Of a stretch of 19,442 nucleotides of DNA, positions 14,846-19,442 are shown piece by piece (position 1 is the first letter of the stretch; every line of letters starts with the position of its first letter). The stretch comes from a virus (Duplodnaviria; Heunggongvirae; Uroviricota; Caudoviricetes): the IMG/VR virus record IMGVR_UViG_2609459832_000003, positions 1-19,442 of that record; one strand, written 5' to 3'. Made by a program: the position numbers and the translations under genes. The notes beneath the pieces are model-generated. The model had not been told where the DNA came from, made no database searches, and saw only the letters and a list, made by a program, of their open reading frames with translations.

Positions 14846-16064
14846 TGGCGTTATCCTTCTGCTTACCGGCTTTACTGCCATCGGAGGGTTTCGTGGTCAT
14901 GTTCATCGGTGTGAGATAGACATCACCACCGGGACGCGGATTCATATCTTCCAGGTCGCGGCAGTCATTGGGAGAGTAAATTCCCCAGTTGATCCCGGTG
15001 GCGTAGGCTTCAAAACGGGACTTCATATCCCCGCGCAGTAACGCCCCGGCGTTAAATTTGGCGTAATAAACGCCCTGCTTACTTTTTCGTACCAGTCCGG
15101 TGTTGATCCGCTGTTCGATGCGGGTCAGATACGGCACCAGTGAATAGTTGATAAATCCCAGCCCCAGCTCTTCGATATTGTTGAAGGTGGCGCGATCGGT
15201 GTTCTGCACCATGTGCAACGGCACCCGGAACAGACGACAGATTTCTTCAAGCTGAAACTTGCGGGTTTCCAGGAACTGGCTGTCCTCGGCGTTCAGCGCC
15301 ATCGACTTCCAGTCCAGCCCCATCTCAAGGATCATCGGGCGGTGAGCATTGCCAAGCCCGGTGTGACGCTCCTCAAAATCTTTCTTCAGGCGCTCATAAG
15401 CCTGATCTGACAGCGTCTGCTCTGTACGCAACACACCCGACGTCACCGCGCCATTGCTGAACAGTCTGGCCCCGTGCTCTTCGGTCGCTGCCGCCAGCGA
15501 TATTGCCTCGCGGGCATAGGCGATGGGATTCAGCCCCACCAGTCCGTCCAGCGTCAGCGTGCGCACATGCCAGATATCCTCCTGGCTCAGTACATCCGTG
15601 GAGCCATCCGGGAATGTGACCTGATAGATCGGCTCCCAGCTACTGTTAAGCTTCGGTACCACACAGCCGGGATCGACGGGCAGCAGTTCAGCCACTTCGC
15701 CAAATGCTTTCACTTTGTAGGCGTAAAAGTTTCCCCGCAGGCACAGACAGGTGACCACCAGCTCCCAGAACTCCTGCGGCGTCATATAGCCATTGGGATG
15801 CGTGGAGATCAGTTTATGCAGACGTTCGCCGGTGGCTCTCTGCTTCAGGCTGCCGTTCAGGTGATACAGATTGCAGGGCAACATCCCGACCGACTCTGCC
15901 AGCACTCTGACGCAGGAAAAAACCGCCGTCAGTCGCATGGCCCGCTGACTGCTGATCTGCTTTCCGGTATAGGTGTCGTAGGACAACCCGATGGCATCCG
16001 CCAGCTCTGCTGGCGTGGTCACCGGTGCGTCACTTTTTCGTTGAAATAATCCCGAAAAGAACAC
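14823..16064 (-). CDS. Portal protein (HK97 family)
   Basis: 413-aa ORF between the terminase and protease genes. GTG start at 16062-16064 with GGAGG 6 nt upstream, overlapping the stop of the preceding small ORF (TAGTG). Confidence 0.9.
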   Translation of the reverse strand: MFFSGLFQRKSDAPVTTPAELADAIGLSYDTYTGKQISSQRAMRLTAVFSCVRVLAESVGMLPCNLYHLNGSLKQRATGERLHKLISTHPNGYMTPQEFWELVVTCLCLRGNFYAYKVKAFGEVAELLPVDPGCVVPKLNSSWEPIYQVTFPDGSTDVLSQEDIWHVRTLTLDGLVGLNPIAYAREAISLAAATEEHGARLFSNGAVTSGVLRTEQTLSDQAYERLKKDFEERHTGLGNAHRPMILEMGLDWKSMALNAEDSQFLETRKFQLEEICRLFRVPLHMVQNTDRATFNNIEELGLGFINYSLVPYLTRIEQRINTGLVRKSKQGVYYAKFNAGALLRGDMKSRFEAYATGINWGIYSPNDCRDLEDMNPRPGGDVYLTPMNMTTKPSDGSKAGKQKDNANADETTS

Positions 16065-16246
16065 TATTTACCTCCACCAACAGACAGCTGTGTACGATCG
16101 AGATATCGCGCTACCAGCCACGACCAGAACAGGCACAACGCCCCGGCAACAACAAACCCCGCCGGGGGATAAATCAGCCAGGCACCATACGCCAGCAAAA
16201 GCGCCCCCAGCACGCCCACCAGAGGCGCGAGAATCAGCATGATCAT
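16064..16246 (-). CDS. Small predicted membrane protein (two hydrophobic segments), function unknown
   Basis: 60-aa [52 protein letters not shown]... GAGGT Shine-Dalgarno 5 nt upstream of the ATG at 16246. Stop overlaps the portal start, so it is translationally coupled. Confidence 0.5.
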   Translation of the reverse strand: MIMLILAPLVGVLGALLLAYGAWLIYPPAGFVVAGALCLFWSWLVARYLDRTQLSVGGGK

Positions 16247-16257
16247 AATTACCTCAG

Positions 16258-17991
16258 TTAAAGCGAGCGGATCCCATAGGACTCAATGTGGTCAGACAGC
16301 GTGTCTTCTTTCTCGTACAGCATGGCTCTGCCAACCGCCATAATCAGCGCAACTGCACCGTCAATTTTGTTTTCCGCCTGCTCTTTGACGGGTTTCACCA
16401 CATCATCGTTACCCGGAATGGTTTTGCCGACCACATTGCCGATACACCAGGTCATGATGGGATTGCCATCATGATGAAAGCGCCCCGATTCAATTGCCGC
16501 TTCCAGCTCTTTCATCGGGTCGGACATGTTGGTGTAGTTCTGAATGATAGTGACGGGATTCAGGTCTTCATCAGCAAGGTCATGTGACAACCCGGTCGCC
16601 CCGAAGGGGTCGATGGGTGACTCACTGACCGGGCTGATTTTGTTCGCCGCTTTGGCCTCCTCGAGGATGTAGCGATAATCCACCTCCGCACCATCGGTAA
16701 CGGTCAGAACGCCCATTTCCACCCATTTCTGAAAGCGTTCGGCTGTCCGGCGATCTTCATTTTTCTCGACGCTGTACACCGTGTCATACGGTACCCAGAA
16801 GCGCGGAGCCACACTGTAGTAATGCGTTTTACCGTCAATCTCGCGGGTATAAAGTCGCGCCATGCTGTTCATATCCAGCTTACGCGCCAGGTCAAAGGCC
16901 AGAATGCACGGCTGCCCCTCGAACTGCTCAAGGGTCAGTGATTTATCCTCGCAGCTCTGCCAGCTCACCAGGTTGAAATACGCCGAACGCGCCGACACCC
17001 AGATATTGAGGTGTTTTGTTTTAAAGACGTTTGCCAGACGGGCGTTATTTTTCGCACGCTGCTGCTGACTTAACAAAAATTCGCGATAAACCGACACGCC
17101 AATATTTGGATTGGCTTTTTCCAGCACCTGCGGGTCGGTCCAGTCATCGCCTTCGTCAACGGTATAGATGATCCCGAACAGTTCATCGTTGGGTACCGAA
17201 CCGTTGAGCATCTCGATAACTTCCCGCCGCTTGTCGTAGCACGGCCCCTCAATGTTGTACCCGGCGGTGGTGATGGCCCACATCAGTGGCTGACGTCGCG
17301 CGCCCATCCCGGTAAGCATCGTGGTATAAAGCGCATCGGTGGCGTGCTCGTGATATTCATCCACCACGGAACAGTGGGGTGATGAACCATCACCGGGGTT
17401 ACCGATCAGCGGTTCAAACCGCGCGCCATCCTCCGGACGGTTCATGTTTGAGGCGTTAACCTCAATCCCGAACGCTTCCGTCAGCATGGGTGTGCGTTTA
17501 CACATCAGTCGCGCCGGGCGAAAGACTTCCCACGCCTGTTTCTCTGTCGTGGCACCGGAATACACTTCCGCGCCAAACTCGTTATCACAGGCAAAACAAT
17601 ACAGGGCAACACCGGCAGAGATTGCCGATTTGCCGTTCTTACGGGGGATTTCGGTATACACCTCCCTGAAGCGGCGCAGCCGGGGGCCTTTATAGACCCA
17701 GCCAAACGCACAGCAGATCACAAAGAGCTGCCACGGTTCCAGCGTGATGGGCATCCTCTTGAATGCCCACTCCCCCTTGGTGTGTGGCAACAGCTGAATA
17801 AATTTCGCGGCCCGTTCAGCCAGGTCCTTGTCGAAGCGGTAACGAAACGACTTACTTTTTTCCGCCATCAGGTCATCAAGATGGCGCTGGCAGGCCTGAA
17901 TCACAAACTGGCAGGCCACAATCTTTCCGCGCACGACATCCCGGGCATACTGATTGGCAGCATTTACGTTGGGGTAAGATTTCCGGCTCAT
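16258..17991 (-). CDS. terL: Terminase large subunit
   Basis: 577-aa ORF with a Walker A-like motif (IPRKNGKSA) in the N-terminal ATPase region. ATGA overlap with terS at 17988-17991. Followed by the portal gene. Confidence 0.9.
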   Translation of the reverse strand: MSRKSYPNVNAANQYARDVVRGKIVACQFVIQACQRHLDDLMAEKSKSFRYRFDKDLAERAAKFIQLLPHTKGEWAFKRMPITLEPWQLFVICCAFGWVYKGPRLRRFREVYTEIPRKNGKSAISAGVALYCFACDNEFGAEVYSGATTEKQAWEVFRPARLMCKRTPMLTEAFGIEVNASNMNRPEDGARFEPLIGNPGDGSSPHCSVVDEYHEHATDALYTTMLTGMGARRQPLMWAITTAGYNIEGPCYDKRREVIEMLNGSVPNDELFGIIYTVDEGDDWTDPQVLEKANPNIGVSVYREFLLSQQQRAKNNARLANVFKTKHLNIWVSARSAYFNLVSWQSCEDKSLTLEQFEGQPCILAFDLARKLDMNSMARLYTREIDGKTHYYSVAPRFWVPYDTVYSVEKNEDRRTAERFQKWVEMGVLTVTDGAEVDYRYILEEAKAANKISPVSESPIDPFGATGLSHDLADEDLNPVTIIQNYTNMSDPMKELEAAIESGRFHHDGNPIMTWCIGNVVGKTIPGNDDVVKPVKEQAENKIDGAVALIMAVGRAMLYEKEDTLSDHIESYGIRSL

Positions 17992-18482
17992 GACTCGATA
18001 ATTTTCAGAAACGGGTTAGTGGCTTTCTTCTTCCCCGCCAGGCCAATCAGACGCTGGCGGCTGCTGGGGTCGAGTCCGAGCATTGCCCCCGTACTGCTCA
18101 TCTCGGACTCCTGTTCTTTTTTGGCGGTCAGCTCCGGATTTTTGACCATGCCGCCCATTGCACCGGTGATGGTGTTGCCCTGTCTGGCAATATTTTTCAC
18201 GGCACGTCGCCAGAACTCATAGGCCACGCACCACCGCTCAAGCACTGCGAGGTCAGTCACGCACAGCAGGCCCTGACCGCAGAGTTCTTTGGTTGTCAGT
18301 TGCCACATGATCGTGGCGAGAGGAAACTCTTCTTCAGCGAACCACTCCGGTGGCTCAACACCTTTGATGGGCGTAAAAACAGGTTCATCTTTGTTCAGGG
18401 CTCGCTTGCCGGGGTTTCCGGCCAGCTCCTTGCGCGCCGTTGGCTTAGGGCGACGCCCGGAACGCCCCGCCGTTCCAGCCAT
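17988..18482 (-). CDS. terS: Terminase small subunit (P27 family-like)
   Basis: The ORF-track start at 18491 is a GTG that overlaps the AGGAG Shine-Dalgarno. The ATG at 18480-18482 lies 8 nt after AGGAG and gives [27 protein letters not shown]..., typical of P27-type small terminases. Confidence 0.8.
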   Translation of the reverse strand: MAGTAGRSGRRPKPTARKELAGNPGKRALNKDEPVFTPIKGVEPPEWFAEEEFPLATIMWQLTTKELCGQGLLCVTDLAVLERWCVAYEFWRRAVKNIARQGNTITGAMGGMVKNPELTAKKEQESEMSSTGAMLGLDPSSRQRLIGLAGKKKATNPFLKIIES

Positions 18483-18532
18483 ATGCGGCACTCCTGGTTA
18501 AATTTCATTTTTCGCGGGTATAAAAAAACGAT

Positions 18533-18581
18533 GGGGCGGGCAGTCCGGAAGACGTCAGGTCACAGGGATTTGACCCGCCCC
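18533..18581 (-). other. GC-rich inverted repeat with downstream U-run in the HNH-terS intergenic region (terminator-like; possible cos/terminase recognition region)
   Basis: GGGGCGGG (18533-18540) and CCCGCCCC (18574-18581) form a perfect 8-bp inverted repeat with a 33-nt spacer containing the palindromes TCCGGA and GACGTC. On the coding strand the stem is followed by AUCG and U7 (rc of 18523-18529). Confidence 0.4.
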
Positions 18582-18607
18582 TCCCCTCTGTCAGTGGGAA
18601 CTGATTC

Positions 18608-18958
18608 TTACTTCAGCCGTTCACGGGCCGTCTTCGCCTTATGACACGGCCAGCACAGGCTCTGCAGATTACTGTCGGCATCAGAGCCGCCATGCGATTT
18701 CGGGATGATGTGGTCGACGGTTTTCGCCTCGCTCACCACACCGACACGCAGACACAACTGACACAGACCTTTATCGCGCTTCAGAATACGGGCACGAATC
18801 ACCGTCCATTTTGAGCCATAGCCACGCTGGTGGCGGCTCAGTCCGCGCTGGTGCTGCCCCCAGCCTTCACCGCGATGCTTATCGCAGTAACCCGAACTGT
18901 CTGTTGTTGTGCCTGCACATCCACGCTTACGACAGGCGCGGGGGATTCGTGATGGCAT
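18608..18958 (-). CDS. HNH endonuclease (terminase-associated)
   Basis: HNH/zinc-finger motifs CQLCL...DHIIPKSHGGSDADSNLQSLCWPCHKAKT. The ATG at 18956-18958 has an AAGGAG Shine-Dalgarno 6 nt upstream; the longer ORF-track start (19033) would read through an intergenic hairpin. Confidence 0.85.
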   Translation of the reverse strand: MPSRIPRACRKRGCAGTTTDSSGYCDKHRGEGWGQHQRGLSRHQRGYGSKWTVIRARILKRDKGLCQLCLRVGVVSEAKTVDHIIPKSHGGSDADSNLQSLCWPCHKAKTARERLK

Positions 18959-19019
18959 TGGAATCTCCTTAATACCGGCATTATCGCAGCCCCTCACTGA
19001 AGGGCTGCTGTAATGCCTG

Positions 19020-19316
19020 TTACTCAGTAACAACTGCGCCTTCCGGTAATTTCATACCGGCAAATACCGGACAACCCGGATGACGATCATCTTCTGTTGC
19101 TTCCAGCATTGACTCACCAAACCACTCCGTCGTGGCGCGACCATCAGCTGCTTTGTAGTGGATCAAGTACTGGTTTTCGCCATCCGTATACTGCGCGCGG
19201 GCTTTAACCTCACCCCATTCATCACTGATACGCATCTCCACCAGTTGAGACAACTCAAACTTAAACGGAGCAGCATCAGCACCAATTACAATCGGTTTGT
19301 TTTCTGTTTTTTCCAT
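19020..19316 (-). CDS. Hypothetical acidic protein upstream of the HNH/terminase genes
   Basis: ORF open to 19367, but AGGAG (rc of 19323-19327) precedes the tandem ATGs at 19319 and 19316 (MMEKTENKPIV...). No family recognised. Confidence 0.45.
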   Translation of the reverse strand: MEKTENKPIVIGADAAPFKFELSQLVEMRISDEWGEVKARAQYTDGENQYLIHYKAADGRATTEWFGESMLEATEDDRHPGCPVFAGMKLPEGAVVTE

Positions 19317-19442
19317 CATCGTCTCCTGATATCGAAGCCCGTCGCCGCACCGGGCACTGATCAACATTTGAGTATTCGCGGCGACAGAAAGAATTTATTT
19401 TATTGAGTAGCCACAAACACAGAATTTCATGCTTACCGGACG

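Noticed and set aside
15474-16049. 191-aa plus-strand ORF
   Set aside because: Lies wholly inside the portal gene on the opposite strand. The portal assignment is strong, so this is a shadow ORF.
16064-16246. Calling the small 2-TM protein a holin
   Set aside because: Topology is holin-like, but the gene sits between terminase and portal with no endolysin or spanin nearby, so a lysis role is not supportable from the sequence. Left as a hypothetical membrane protein.
1-19442. tRNA genes, CRISPR arrays, integrase or attachment sites
   Set aside because: No cloverleaf-like segments, no regularly spaced direct repeats with spacers, and no integrase-like ORF found. The window appears to be wholly inside the late structural region.

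Overview
The window reads as an almost complete late (virion structural) module of a temperate enterobacterial-type phage or prophage, transcribed entirely on the minus strand (from coordinate ~19400 down to 1). Gene order in transcription direction: small acidic hypothetical, HNH endonuclease, terminase small (P27-like) and large subunits, small 2-TM protein, HK97-type portal, prohead protease, major capsid protein, small K/S-rich protein, head-tail connector/adaptor proteins, then a Mu-type contractile tail (small pre-sheath protein, sheath, tube, chaperone with a -1 frameshift extension, tape measure, DNA circulation protein, baseplate gp44/45/46/47/48 homologues) and the 5' part of a tail fiber gene running off the window start. 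This HK97-like head joined to a Mu-like tail resembles the SfV-like mosaic phages. The one clear anomaly, and the best candidate for something undescribed, is a ~0.6 kb strongly AT-rich insertion at 6012-6695 between the tape-measure and DNA-circulation genes. It carries its own candidate promoter, one ORF for a signal-peptide protein of unknown function, and its own intrinsic terminator, which is the classic moron layout. No tRNA, CRISPR, integrase, repressor or lysis genes are visible. All family assignments come from sequence motifs, sizes and synteny recalled from memory; no database search was run.
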